The notes under the pieces were generated by a model. That model saw only the letters and a list, made by a program, of their open reading frames with translations. It did not search any database and was not told the DNA's origin. Below are positions 36,594 to 46,219 of a stretch of DNA of 64,000 nt, piece by piece (positions within the stretch are counted from its first letter, which is position 1; each line of letters begins with the position of its first letter). Both the position numbers and the translations under genes were made by a program. Source of the stretch: a virus; IMG/VR virus record IMGVR_UViG_3300025132_008118, one strand, 5' to 3'.

Positions 36594-37265
36594 ATGTGTG
36601 GTATTTATTGCAGTAATGATTTGTCTACCTTTGAAATTTTACAGGAGGCTAATAAAAAGCGTGGTAATTTTTCGACTGGTATATTTTACTGTTATAATAA
36701 AGCTAATTATAATATACTCAAAGAAAAAGGTAATATAAACTGGAATAAAACTAAAATACCGCACCAAGAAGGCCATATATACTTGGGTCATAACCAGGCT
36801 CCTACCGAAACAGGTAGAGGTTGGCAAGAGGAAACGTCTCATCCATTTTGGGTAGGTGATTGGATAGTAGCTCATAATGGTGTTTTAACTAATTCTAATG
36901 AATTAATTGATGAATATATACCAATGCATGATAACCCTGTAGATAGTAGTATAATACCAGCATTATTAGATGAATTTGAATATACCCATGGTCCTTGTGA
37001 AGACGCTGAAACTGAAGTACAAAATATATTATACACTATAGAAAAACTTAAAGGTACATTTGCTTTATGGATAGTTAATATTAAAACTATGAATGTATAT
37101 ATAGCAAGACAAGGTAGCACATTATATTACAAAGACGCTAATATATCATCAATTAAGGGTAACGGTTATAAAGAAGTATTACAGGGTGTACTTTATAACT
37201 TTTCATATGAAGGCTTAACTGAAATAGACGGGTTTGTATATGACTCACCATTTTTAACATTATGA
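36594..37265 (+). CDS. Stand-alone class II (Ntn) glutamine amidotransferase
   Basis: MCGI (N-terminal Cys nucleophile), LGH, AHNG, DS, KGTFAL. Confidence 0.88.
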   Translation: MCGIYCSNDLSTFEILQEANKKRGNFSTGIFYCYNKANYNILKEKGNINWNKTKIPHQEGHIYLGHNQAPTETGRGWQEETSHPFWVGDWIVAHNGVLTNSNELIDEYIPMHDNPVDSSIIPALLDEFEYTHGPCEDAETEVQNILYTIEKLKGTFALWIVNIKTMNVYIARQGSTLYYKDANISSIKGNGYKEVLQGVLYNFSYEGLTEIDGFVYDSPFLTL

Positions 37266-37735
37266 ATATAAATTACGTAACAATTAACCAATTAACTGAA
37301 ATAGATAAATTAAGATTTATTAAATTTATTTACGATAATACAGACTCCTTTATTTTAAATACATTTGGCCATACATGGTCAGGTAGAGATTGGTGGTCTG
37401 AGCATCCAATAGAGGTATGTACTGATGATACGGGTAGGGTACTTGGATTGCATGCATATACTGTGAATACTAAAGCAGAAGATACATTAAAAACATATTA
37501 TATAGTTACATCTAAATATAATAGGGGTAAAGGTATTGCTAAATTGTTAATTAAAAATGCTTTATATAAACATAAAGATGATATTAAATTTTATTACGTT
37601 AATTCAGATGTAAAAAGTGAAGGAGCTGTCTTTTATAAAAAATGGTTCGGAGACAGTTTTACCCTTGAAGATAATGATTTTTCTTCGCAAGATATGATTT
37701 TTAAGGAACCGGTTTATAATATTATAGATGGGTAA
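37262..37735 (+). CDS. GNAT-family acetyltransferase
   Basis: Acetyl-CoA motif A: VTSKYNRGKGIAKLL; FYKKW. Confidence 0.75.
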   Translation: MNINYVTINQLTEIDKLRFIKFIYDNTDSFILNTFGHTWSGRDWWSEHPIEVCTDDTGRVLGLHAYTVNTKAEDTLKTYYIVTSKYNRGKGIAKLLIKNALYKHKDDIKFYYVNSDVKSEGAVFYKKWFGDSFTLEDNDFSSQDMIFKEPVYNIIDG

Positions 37736-38066
37736 TTTAAAAACTACAGGTAAGCCGCGTCAATTTGAAACCGGTGCTCAACGAGATAACGGAGATGGTA
37801 AACTTCGAATGAGTTTAGTACCTCATAAGGCCTTAAATGGGGTAATGATGAGGTATTTACAAGGGGCTGATACATACGGGGAAAATAATTGGAAGAAAGG
37901 TATGAAACACTCAGTTTTGTACGATAGTACTATGAGACATCTCATGCAAGATTTTACTGGTGATGATAGTGAAGACCATTTAGGAGCTGCTTTATGGAAT
38001 ATTATGGGTATGATCTGGAATAGAGACCATAAACCTGAAATGGATGATAGAAAAGAATATGAGTAA
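37728..38066 (+). CDS. dATP/dGTP diphosphohydrolase-like protein (DUF5664-type)
   Basis: FETGAQRD, K.R.SLVP, YG.NNWKKG, RHL, EDHLGAALWN. Confidence 0.85.
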   Translation: MGNLKTTGKPRQFETGAQRDNGDGKLRMSLVPHKALNGVMMRYLQGADTYGENNWKKGMKHSVLYDSTMRHLMQDFTGDDSEDHLGAALWNIMGMIWNRDHKPEMDDRKEYE

Positions 38067-39153
38067 AGTATTTGTTTCCGGTTGTTATGATATTATTCAT
38101 GCAGGTCATATAGAATTTTTTAAAGAAGCTCTTAAACAAGGAGATAAACTGGTAGTGTGTATACCATCTGATGAAGTATTATATCAGTATAAAAAAAGAC
38201 GACCTAGTATACCAATCGAGCATAAGATAGAAATTTTAAATAATATATCTTTTATTGATGAGGTGGTAATTGGTGGTAATTTAGATAAAAATGGTTTAAA
38301 TTTTAAAGACATTATAATAAAAATATCACCAGACGTTTTAGTTGTTACGTCAGATGATAAGTTTGAAAAAAGCAAAAGAAAATTTTGTACAAAGCACAAT
38401 ATAGGATACGTTAAACTAGAAAAAACTCCTCCAAAGTTTGACCCAATAAGTACATCATCTATTCTTAATAATATTAAAACACCAAATGAAGCTCCCTTAC
38501 GGGTTGACTTAGCTGGTGGTTGGTTAGATGTACCTGAACATGCAAGAGATGATGGGTTTATAGTAAATTGCGCAATATCACCAACTGTATCTTTACATAA
38601 TTGGCCGTATGAAACCCAATCTGGACTCGGAGGTAGTGGAGCATGGGCATTATTGAATGGTAAAGATGGGGTACAAAGTGAATTAGATTTAGGTGTTGGG
38701 TGGCAAGACCCAGCTGTAATAAAAGAAACTGGTTTATGTGTTTGGAAAAGTGGTGAAAAACCTCATCTTATCTTAAAACGAAACGGGGATATATTAAAAG
38801 GTAAAATGGCATTACATTACACTGGAATTAGTCATGATACTCCGTCATATGTTAAAAATAATCGTGATTATAATTTGTTAGCTAGGTCTAGTCGTTTAGC
38901 ATACACAGGGGTACAAAATAATAATTTAGAGCAAATATGTGCTGGTATTAATATGAATTATGAAGTACAATTAAAAGAAGGTATGAATGCATCACCAGTT
39001 ATTGAAAATACAATAGCAACCAAATATTGCGGTGGTGGTTTTGGTGGATATATTTTATCTGTATTTTATAATAAAATAGATCGTGATAAATTTATTAATA
39101 ATTATCAACATTTTGGAGCAATTAAAATAGAACCATACTTAAATGAAATATAA
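38044..39153 (+). CDS. Fusion of an HxGH cytidylyltransferase-like domain and a GHMP sugar kinase
   Basis: SGCYDIIHAGH; PLRVDLAGGWLD, SGLGGS, GGGFGG. Confidence 0.85.
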   Translation: MIEKNMSKVFVSGCYDIIHAGHIEFFKEALKQGDKLVVCIPSDEVLYQYKKRRPSIPIEHKIEILNNISFIDEVVIGGNLDKNGLNFKDIIIKISPDVLVVTSDDKFEKSKRKFCTKHNIGYVKLEKTPPKFDPISTSSILNNIKTPNEAPLRVDLAGGWLDVPEHARDDGFIVNCAISPTVSLHNWPYETQSGLGGSGAWALLNGKDGVQSELDLGVGWQDPAVIKETGLCVWKSGEKPHLILKRNGDILKGKMALHYTGISHDTPSYVKNNRDYNLLARSSRLAYTGVQNNNLEQICAGINMNYEVQLKEGMNASPVIENTIATKYCGGGFGGYILSVFYNKIDRDKFINNYQHFGAIKIEPYLNEI

Positions 39154-39799
39154 AATTTATACAACTACTAAAGGTGAGAAAGAAGATACTTTATTATATA
39201 AATCTCTTAATAAAAAATATTACGATATACCAGTACATTATGAAGAAAAAAATACTAAAAGTTTGCAAAGCTGTTATAACAGCTTTTTGGAGGACGCTCG
39301 TAATAATAACGTTGATATCTGCGTATTTGTCCATGATGACGTTTTTATTAATTGCGGGGATTTGTTGCATAGGTTGGACAATTATGGAAAAATGTATACA
39401 GTTTTTGGTCTCGCAGGGGCCAAGGCATGCAAGGTTAAAGAACCTGCTTTATGGCATCTTATGTCCGAAAGAAAAGACCAAAGAGGAAATGTTGCTCACG
39501 GATATCCTGACCAATATCAGTATACTTCGTTTGGCCCTATTCCAGGCCGTGTTTTGGTTATTGATGGTGTCTTTATCGGCATTAATATACGAAATTTACC
39601 AACTAATGTAAAGTTTGATGAATCATACCCATCTAAGTTTCATTACTATGATTTAGATTTTAGTCTAGAATGCAATAAAAATAGTGTTAAAATAGGGGTT
39701 GTGGATATACCAATAATACATTCAAGTCCAGGTCTAACAAACCCTAACGAAGAGTTCTATAAAGGACAGGAATACTTTATTAAAAAATGGAAACGGTAG
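39143..39799 (+). CDS. GT-A (GT2-like) glycosyltransferase
   Basis: SCYN, VFVHDDV, VIDGVF, FHYYDLD. Confidence 0.8.
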   Translation: MKYKIYTTTKGEKEDTLLYKSLNKKYYDIPVHYEEKNTKSLQSCYNSFLEDARNNNVDICVFVHDDVFINCGDLLHRLDNYGKMYTVFGLAGAKACKVKEPALWHLMSERKDQRGNVAHGYPDQYQYTSFGPIPGRVLVIDGVFIGINIRNLPTNVKFDESYPSKFHYYDLDFSLECNKNSVKIGVVDIPIIHSSPGLTNPNEEFYKGQEYFIKKWKR

Positions 39800-40224
39800 T
39801 ATTAGTTACAGGGGGATTTGATCCTTTACATTCAGGGCACTTAGCTTATTTTAGAGCAGCCAAGAAGCTAGGCGATAAGCTTATTGTTGGTATTAATTCC
39901 GATTCGTGGTTAGAGCGTAAAAAAGGAAAAAACTTTTTACCTCTTAGTGAAAGGTACGAGATAGTATCCGCGCTAAAGTATGTTGATAATTGTATACTAT
40001 TTAACGATGAGGATGATACTGCAATTGAAGCCATACGTAATGTTATAATGCTGTACCCTTTTGATAGGATTATATTTGCTAACGGAGGTGATAGAGTTGA
40101 GGGAAATACCCCTGAGGAAGATGCCAAGTTCTTTCCGGAAAAAGATATTATCTTTCAATATGGAGTTGGAGGGCTTGATAAAAAAAATAGTAGTAGTTGG
40201 ATATTGCAAAGATGGGAAAAATAA
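39787..40224 (+). CDS. HxGH cytidylyltransferase-like nucleotidyltransferase
   Basis: TGGFDPLHSGH, VGINSD, ANGGDR, KKNSSS. Confidence 0.9.
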   Translation: METVVLVTGGFDPLHSGHLAYFRAAKKLGDKLIVGINSDSWLERKKGKNFLPLSERYEIVSALKYVDNCILFNDEDDTAIEAIRNVIMLYPFDRIIFANGGDRVEGNTPEEDAKFFPEKDIIFQYGVGGLDKKNSSSWILQRWEK

Positions 40225-40523
40225 CACAAACGAGATGGGGTAGTTACAATGTTTTATTAGAAGGTAAAGATTATAAAATTAAAACTTTACATATTGAACC
40301 AGGCAAATCATTAAGTGATCAAAGACATTTTCATAGAAATGAACATTGGTTTATTTTAGAAGGAGAATTATCTCTTAACGGTGATATATATCACAAAAAT
40401 GATTTTATTAATATACCAGTTGAAAAGTGGCATTTACCAGCTAATATTAGTAATAGTATGTGTGTTATTTGCGAAATACAATATGGTGATAAATGCATAG
40501 AAGAAGATATTGAAAGAAAATAA
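40197..40523 (+). CDS. Cupin, mannose-6-phosphate isomerase C-terminal type
   Basis: RWGSY, PGKSLS.QRH.HRNEHW, EIQYG.CIEEDIER. Confidence 0.85.
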   Translation: MDIAKMGKITQTRWGSYNVLLEGKDYKIKTLHIEPGKSLSDQRHFHRNEHWFILEGELSLNGDIYHKNDFINIPVEKWHLPANISNSMCVICEIQYGDKCIEEDIERK

Positions 40524-41863
40524 TGGAAGATATAGGTAGATTAAATTTAGATTATTATGAGCAGGTTATAGTTTATAAGAGCTTAACTAACGAAAGTTAT
40601 CTAACTCAAATTATAGATCATATAAAGCCGGATTACTTTAATGATAAAAATATTAAGACAGTCTTTAATTTAATAACTAATTTCTATATTAAGAGGCAGA
40701 GTATACCTACTATTACTGAATTAAAGTCATACTTAATTAATGATGAACTTAAAGAAAGTTTTAGATCAGTTGTAAAGAATTTTCCTAATATTGATAAAAA
40801 CTTTAATGATGAAGAATTAACTTCTAATACTGAACGTTTCTTAAAAGAAAGGGCAATATATAATACAATGTTATCAGTTGCTGAAGATGTTAGTAAAGGT
40901 GAAGTTAATACGAGTTTTATTTTAGATAGCTTTGAAAAAAGCTGTAACGTTAATTTAAAAGAAGAAATAGGTTTAGATTTATTCGAAAATATTGATAAGG
41001 TTGTAGATGATTTGAATATAGATCAACCTACCATATCTTCAGGTTGGAAATGGTTAGATGATAAAATAGATGGAGGTTTCTTAGAAAATGGTAGATCGTT
41101 ATATGTATTTGCTGGTGAATCTAACGTTGGTAAATCTATATTTTTAGGTAATATAGCTTGTAATATAGCTTCAAGAGGTAAGACGGTTTTAGTTATTAGT
41201 CTTGAAATGTCAGAGATGATATACGCAAGAAGATTATCATCTAATATAACTAGAATACCGATGAGAGAACTAAAAGGAGCTGGTCAATCTTTATCAGCTC
41301 AAATAAAAAGTTATAATAGTGGTAAACCTAATAGTAAAATTTTAATTAAAGAGTTTCCACCTAGTACTGTTACGCCGCAGAATATACAAGGTTATATTAC
41401 TGAATTAAAAAATAGAGGTATTAAAGTAGATGCAGTGGTTCTTGATTATTTGAATCTATTAAAAAGTCCTCTCGGTGATAATTCTTATGAAAGAGTTAAG
41501 CATGTTGCTGAGGGTATACGAGCATTAAGTTATGTTTTTGAATGCCCGTTTATTTCTGCAACTCAGTTAAATAGGTCAGGTTACGATGAAGAGAATCCTG
41601 GTTTAGATACCATATCAGAATCTATTGGAATGGCTGCTACTGCTGATTGTATTTTTAGTATATTTCAAGATGATGAAGATAAGGAGTTAGGTATAGTTAA
41701 GATGGGTATGATGAAAAATAGATATGGTGCTAATTATGGCTATACAGCATTAAGGTTAAATTATGACACGTTAACTATTTCAGAGGATGAAACGTTAAAC
41801 GTTGACGATGAAGGTAGCGAAATGTCTGATTTAACTAATACTCTCAACCTGTTGAGTAATTAA
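40523..41863 (+). CDS. 41: Replicative DnaB-like helicase gp41
   Basis: AGESNVGKS, SLEM, DYLNL, ATQLNR, ESIG, MKNRYG. Confidence 0.95.
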   Translation: MEDIGRLNLDYYEQVIVYKSLTNESYLTQIIDHIKPDYFNDKNIKTVFNLITNFYIKRQSIPTITELKSYLINDELKESFRSVVKNFPNIDKNFNDEELTSNTERFLKERAIYNTMLSVAEDVSKGEVNTSFILDSFEKSCNVNLKEEIGLDLFENIDKVVDDLNIDQPTISSGWKWLDDKIDGGFLENGRSLYVFAGESNVGKSIFLGNIACNIASRGKTVLVISLEMSEMIYARRLSSNITRIPMRELKGAGQSLSAQIKSYNSGKPNSKILIKEFPPSTVTPQNIQGYITELKNRGIKVDAVVLDYLNLLKSPLGDNSYERVKHVAEGIRALSYVFECPFISATQLNRSGYDEENPGLDTISESIGMAATADCIFSIFQDDEDKELGIVKMGMMKNRYGANYGYTALRLNYDTLTISEDETLNVDDEGSEMSDLTNTLNLLSN

Positions 41864-41885
41864 AAAGAGGAACTAAATAAAATAA

Positions 41886-42773
41886 ATGCCTAAGATCCAT
41901 ATAATTACAGATGCAGATCTAGACGGAGCTGGTTCATACTTATGTTTAAAGCAAGCTTATAATGATGTAACGTTAACGTATTCAGTTACCACAGAAAAAA
42001 AGTTTATTAGTGATGTAGCTTATTTTAAATTTGAAGATTATGATTTAGTAATTATTAGTGATTTAAATCTAAAAGAAAGTGAAATTAGACTTTGTGATTT
42101 AAAAAACGTTATTGTAATTGATCATCACGCTGAGCATATAGAACTAATTGATAATTATAAAAATGCTAAACCAATAGTAAAAGACTACCCATCATGTACT
42201 AAGTTAATATATGATACCTTCAAGTTAGAAAATAAGCTAAATAAAAATCAAAAATTATTGGTTAAACTAATAGATGATTACGATAGTTATAAATTAAAAT
42301 TACCGTTTAGTAAACCATTAAATCAAGTATTTTGGTCTTATACAGGGGATAGAGTTAATAAATTTGAAAATGATTTTAAAGATGGTTTTTTTGGTTTTAA
42401 TCAATTTCAAAAAAATGCTTTAAAAATTGTTGAAAATAAAATTAATAACTTTTTTAAAGATGAGACCATACACAGAGGTGATATAAAAATTGGTAATACT
42501 GTTTATAATGTAGCAGGTGTTATGGTATCATTTAGCCCGAATGAAATAGCTGAACGTATTATAGATCAATATGGAGTAGATTTCGTTATAATGGTAAACC
42601 TGGAAGGTAAAAGTGTTTATATGAGACGGAGCAATAATTGCCCGCTGAATATGGGTAGATTAGCCTTTAAACTTATGAACGGCGGCGGTCATCATGATGC
42701 TGCTGGTGGAACTTTAAACGATTCGATAATTAATATTACTAAATTACTTAAACCAATTATTAATGAAAAATAA
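41886..42773 (+). CDS. DHH/DHHA1 phosphoesterase
   Basis: DADLDG, IDHH, GGGH..AAG. Confidence 0.88.
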   Translation: MPKIHIITDADLDGAGSYLCLKQAYNDVTLTYSVTTEKKFISDVAYFKFEDYDLVIISDLNLKESEIRLCDLKNVIVIDHHAEHIELIDNYKNAKPIVKDYPSCTKLIYDTFKLENKLNKNQKLLVKLIDDYDSYKLKLPFSKPLNQVFWSYTGDRVNKFENDFKDGFFGFNQFQKNALKIVENKINNFFKDETIHRGDIKIGNTVYNVAGVMVSFSPNEIAERIIDQYGVDFVIMVNLEGKSVYMRRSNNCPLNMGRLAFKLMNGGGHHDAAGGTLNDSIINITKLLKPIINEK

Positions 42774-43047
42774 TAGCCCTTATCAAAATATTCAAACTGC
42801 AGAGTTTGAAAAATCTTTTTATTCATTTTGCACTTTCGTAGCGCTATTACATGATAAAAAAATGAATTTTGCTACTGTTTTCTTAAAAATACTTGAAAAT
42901 AAAGCTTTACGTGATATATTTATTAGTATTATAGAAGAAGAAAATGACTTTACCGCAATTAAAAAATATATTCAAACTGAACCTTCTGTGACTAAAAGTA
43001 AGTATGTAACTAAATTTTTGAATAAATTTGATGGATTCAATGACTGA
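42763..43047 (+). CDS. Hypothetical protein
   Basis: Coupled ORF; no recognised motif. Confidence 0.65.
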   Translation: MKNNSPYQNIQTAEFEKSFYSFCTFVALLHDKKMNFATVFLKILENKALRDIFISIIEEENDFTAIKKYIQTEPSVTKSKYVTKFLNKFDGFND

Positions 43048-43672
43048 TATAGAAAAGGTAATTTATAATAATTTTTTAGAAGTTAGTAAAAAGGTTAATA
43101 ACAAGCCAGTAAAGTATAGAAAGAATTTTGATAATTTTCCGGATGAAAGTTATATCATTGTTAATAAATTAAGTAGTTTTTTCTTTAAATTTAAACATTT
43201 AAAAATAAAAGATTTTTTCGAAGCACCGTATTTTGTTTACGATGAAAATTATTTTGATTTAAAATTTTATCTTGGACCTAAAGCAATAAAAGCCTATACT
43301 TTATACAATGATAAGTTTCTTTTGAATAATCCTGATGATGATAAGACATTATCTAAAATGCAAGAATCGATAAAATTTATTTACAACTATTGTAAAGAAA
43401 GAGATGTCAATATTAAAGATTACCTTACAATAAAAGAAGGTGAATATAATGTTTTTCTTAAGCATATAAAAAATAGAGATATTATTATCTTTGTATTATT
43501 TGCTTTTAGTAATTTTGAAAAAGTAGTAGGTTCTATAGATACAGAGATAAAAAATATGTATAGTTCTAATTTCTCTCGATTGAACTATATTAGAACAAAA
43601 TACTATTCTAGCTCTAAAGCAAAGAAAATAATTAATAATTTTAAAATATTCGTTGAAAAACGAAAAGTATAG
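43028..43672 (+). CDS. Hypothetical protein, possible gp59 helicase-loader analogue
   Basis: About 214 aa, basic, directly upstream of gp32 (T4 gp59 position and size); sequence support weak. Confidence 0.4.
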   Translation: MMDSMTDIEKVIYNNFLEVSKKVNNKPVKYRKNFDNFPDESYIIVNKLSSFFFKFKHLKIKDFFEAPYFVYDENYFDLKFYLGPKAIKAYTLYNDKFLLNNPDDDKTLSKMQESIKFIYNYCKERDVNIKDYLTIKEGEYNVFLKHIKNRDIIIFVLFAFSNFEKVVGSIDTEIKNMYSSNFSRLNYIRTKYYSSSKAKKIINNFKIFVEKRKV

Positions 43673-43680
43673 TCTATAAT
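43653..43680 (+). promoter_or_regulatory. Sigma70-type promoter TTGAAA-N16-TATAAT
   Basis: 6 nt before the gp32 ATG. Confidence 0.65.
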
Positions 43681-43686
43681 TAAATT

Positions 43687-44544
43687 ATGAGTAATATAAC
43701 GAGTTCAATGTTTGATAGTATTAAGTCTGCATTAGCAGCAGATAATGATAATAATAAGAGTGCAATAGGTGATATCTTAAAGACGCCTCCTGGTAATACC
43801 TTTACTGTAAGGTTACTACCTTATGCTAAGGATCCTTCTAAGACGTTCTTTCATTATTATCAGCATGGTTGGAATAGTTTTGCTACTGGTCAATATACAA
43901 GTGCAATATCTCTTCAAACCTTTGGTGAGAGAGATCCTATTGCTGAAGAGCGATATAAGATTCTTCGTACTGGTAATGAAGAAGAAAAAGAGAAGGCTAA
44001 GGCAATTGTACGTTCTGAGAAATGGTTAGTTAATGTATATGTTGTTAATGACCCTGTTAATCCTGAAAATAATGGTAAGGTTAAAATGCTTCGTTATGGT
44101 AAGCAGATTCATAATATTATTACTGATGCAATTGAAGGTGAAGATGCAGCCGAATTAGGTCCTCGTATATTTGATCTTGGTCCAGATGGTGTTAACTTTA
44201 GAGTTAAGGTTGAGAAGCAAGGTGATTTCCCGACTTATGTATCGTCTAAGTTTGGTATGCCGGGTGCAATTGATAATCTAGATGAAGATCGTCATAATGC
44301 AATTTATGAAAACGTATTTGAACTATCTAGTGTATTTAGCGTTAAGAGTGCAAATGAACTTAAGACGATGATGGATGAGCATTATTATGTTAGAGATGCA
44401 TCAGCTGATAATAGTGTTGTTGAAAATGTGGTAGTCGATACCCCTATTGAAACTACTCCTACAGCAGCTCCTGTTACTGAGACTAAAAAAGATGATAATG
44501 AAGATGAAGTTCTAAAAGAGCTACTTGAAGGTTTAGACGTTTAG
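43687..44544 (+). CDS. 32: Single-stranded DNA-binding protein gp32
   Basis: VRLLP, NVYVVNDP.NPENNGKV, YGK.I, NFRVK, acidic C-terminal tail. Confidence 0.9.
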   Translation: MSNITSSMFDSIKSALAADNDNNKSAIGDILKTPPGNTFTVRLLPYAKDPSKTFFHYYQHGWNSFATGQYTSAISLQTFGERDPIAEERYKILRTGNEEEKEKAKAIVRSEKWLVNVYVVNDPVNPENNGKVKMLRYGKQIHNIITDAIEGEDAAELGPRIFDLGPDGVNFRVKVEKQGDFPTYVSSKFGMPGAIDNLDEDRHNAIYENVFELSSVFSVKSANELKTMMDEHYYVRDASADNSVVENVVVDTPIETTPTAAPVTETKKDDNEDEVLKELLEGLDV

Positions 44545-44548
44545 TAAT

Positions 44549-45103
44549 ATGAGCGATCAAATGCCAGAAATGATACCAATGCCTGGTAATCCAGGTGGAG
44601 GACCCCCTCCGTCAGAGTTATCACGAAAGCTATCTCCGCAGGAAGAAAGAGATACATTACTCAATTTTATGGGTCATATGTACGGGGAAGCAAAAAAAAT
44701 GGATGGTAACATTATTGGTGAAGCTACTACTTTGAAGAGGGGTGCGGGTGAGGAAATAAAGAAGCAAATTGAACAAGTTTATGCTCAACCGCATCAGCCT
44801 GCACCACCTCCGGTGCAGGCTACTCCTCCTCAACCAGAAGTACAACAATCTCAAGTAAGTGTGGAGCAACCAGTAGTATCTATTCAAGAGCAATCAGTAG
44901 ATAATAGTCAATTATCATTTAACTTTAATACTACAGAAAAAGATGAGTTATTTTTATTAGTTGAAAGAGTTTTGACTAGATTAGACCGTTTAAATAAAAA
45001 AGTTGATGATTTAACTGAAACGGTAAAAAATTCTAAAGTTACTTCCTTACCTATAAAAAAGCAAACAAAAAAAAAGTCAGTGGGTAAAAAAGAGGAAGTC
45101 TAA
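44549..45103 (+). CDS. Hypothetical Pro/Gln-rich protein
   Basis: Open frame between gp32 and gp45. Confidence 0.65.
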   Translation: MSDQMPEMIPMPGNPGGGPPPSELSRKLSPQEERDTLLNFMGHMYGEAKKMDGNIIGEATTLKRGAGEEIKKQIEQVYAQPHQPAPPPVQATPPQPEVQQSQVSVEQPVVSIQEQSVDNSQLSFNFNTTEKDELFLLVERVLTRLDRLNKKVDDLTETVKNSKVTSLPIKKQTKKKSVGKKEEV

Positions 45104-45120
45104 TATAATAGATATAGTTT

Positions 45121-45855
45121 ATGGGTTATTTAAAAATTAAAAATAAAAAAGATTTTGTATCTAACTTTTTAGGTCCAGTTTCAAATCTAAATGATGCTTG
45201 TATTTTATCTGTAAAAGATAATATAATAAGTTGTACATTAGCATCAGCAGATGCAACTATAGTATGTAAATCATCTATGGAAGTAAATACTGATATACCT
45301 AATAATACGACTTTAAATTTACCTGATATTAAGAAACTTATTAGAGTTTTAGATATTATACCTACAGCAGATGTCGAACTAAAGGTAAACGAAAATAATT
45401 TATCTTATAATCAGAATGGTTATAAGTTTAAATACCATTTATTGGATGATGGTATTATTAAACAACCTTCTTTAAACGTTGAAAAGGTAAAAAAGCTTGA
45501 ATTTAATACTAAATTTGTAGTTAAAGAAAGTGAATTAAATACTTTGTTTAAAGGTAGTAGTTTTGCTACTGAAACATCTAAGGTCTATCTTTTTGAAGAA
45601 GATAATAAGATTTATAGTGAGTTAGGTGATAGATCTAGACATAATTCAGATAACTTTGTATGTTTATTGAGTGATAATTTTGAAGGTAATATAGTTAAAC
45701 CTCTACCAGTAAACTTCGATTCATTTCGTTTAGTAAGTTTTTCGGGTAGTCGAGAAGTTAACTTTAGTGTTAATACAGATATGGGGGTAATAACTTGCAA
45801 CTTTAAAAGGGGTGATAGTGAATTGATTTATATTATCTCCGCATTAATTAATTAA
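45121..45855 (+). CDS. 45: Sliding clamp gp45 (PCNA-like)
   Basis: 244 aa; clamp-like pattern (LNLPDIKKLIRVL, KFKYHL.D..II); located in the replication module. Confidence 0.75.
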   Translation: MGYLKIKNKKDFVSNFLGPVSNLNDACILSVKDNIISCTLASADATIVCKSSMEVNTDIPNNTTLNLPDIKKLIRVLDIIPTADVELKVNENNLSYNQNGYKFKYHLLDDGIIKQPSLNVEKVKKLEFNTKFVVKESELNTLFKGSSFATETSKVYLFEEDNKIYSELGDRSRHNSDNFVCLLSDNFEGNIVKPLPVNFDSFRLVSFSGSREVNFSVNTDMGVITCNFKRGDSELIYIISALIN

Positions 45856-45858
45856 TAT

Positions 45859-46215
45859 ATGAAGAAGGATTGGTCAGAACATAAAGTAAAAAATAAAATT
45901 AAAACTGCAGGTTATTTTATTAAGAGATTGAAAGATAACGGTTTTGTCGTTTTAAAAATGTTTAACGCATATTCACAAGTAGATCCAAGAAGATGGTCTG
46001 TACTAGTTGACCCGGGTTATCATAGTGTATACATTACCTGTTTTAATAATAAAGATGAAAAAGGTGAAGTACTATTTGAATTCGATGACGGAGGTAATAA
46101 CTTTAATAAAGGATTTTATTTAAAAACTGACAGTATCGAAGCTGTTATAAATCAGCTACTTGAAAAGGGTATCAATAATGACCCAGCGAAAAATCCATTT
46201 AGTAGAATTAAATAA
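45859..46215 (+). CDS. Hypothetical protein
   Basis: Open frame. Confidence 0.65.
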   Translation: MKKDWSEHKVKNKIKTAGYFIKRLKDNGFVVLKMFNAYSQVDPRRWSVLVDPGYHSVYITCFNNKDEKGEVLFEFDDGGNNFNKGFYLKTDSIEAVINQLLEKGINNDPAKNPFSRIK

Positions 46216-46219
46216 TTAA

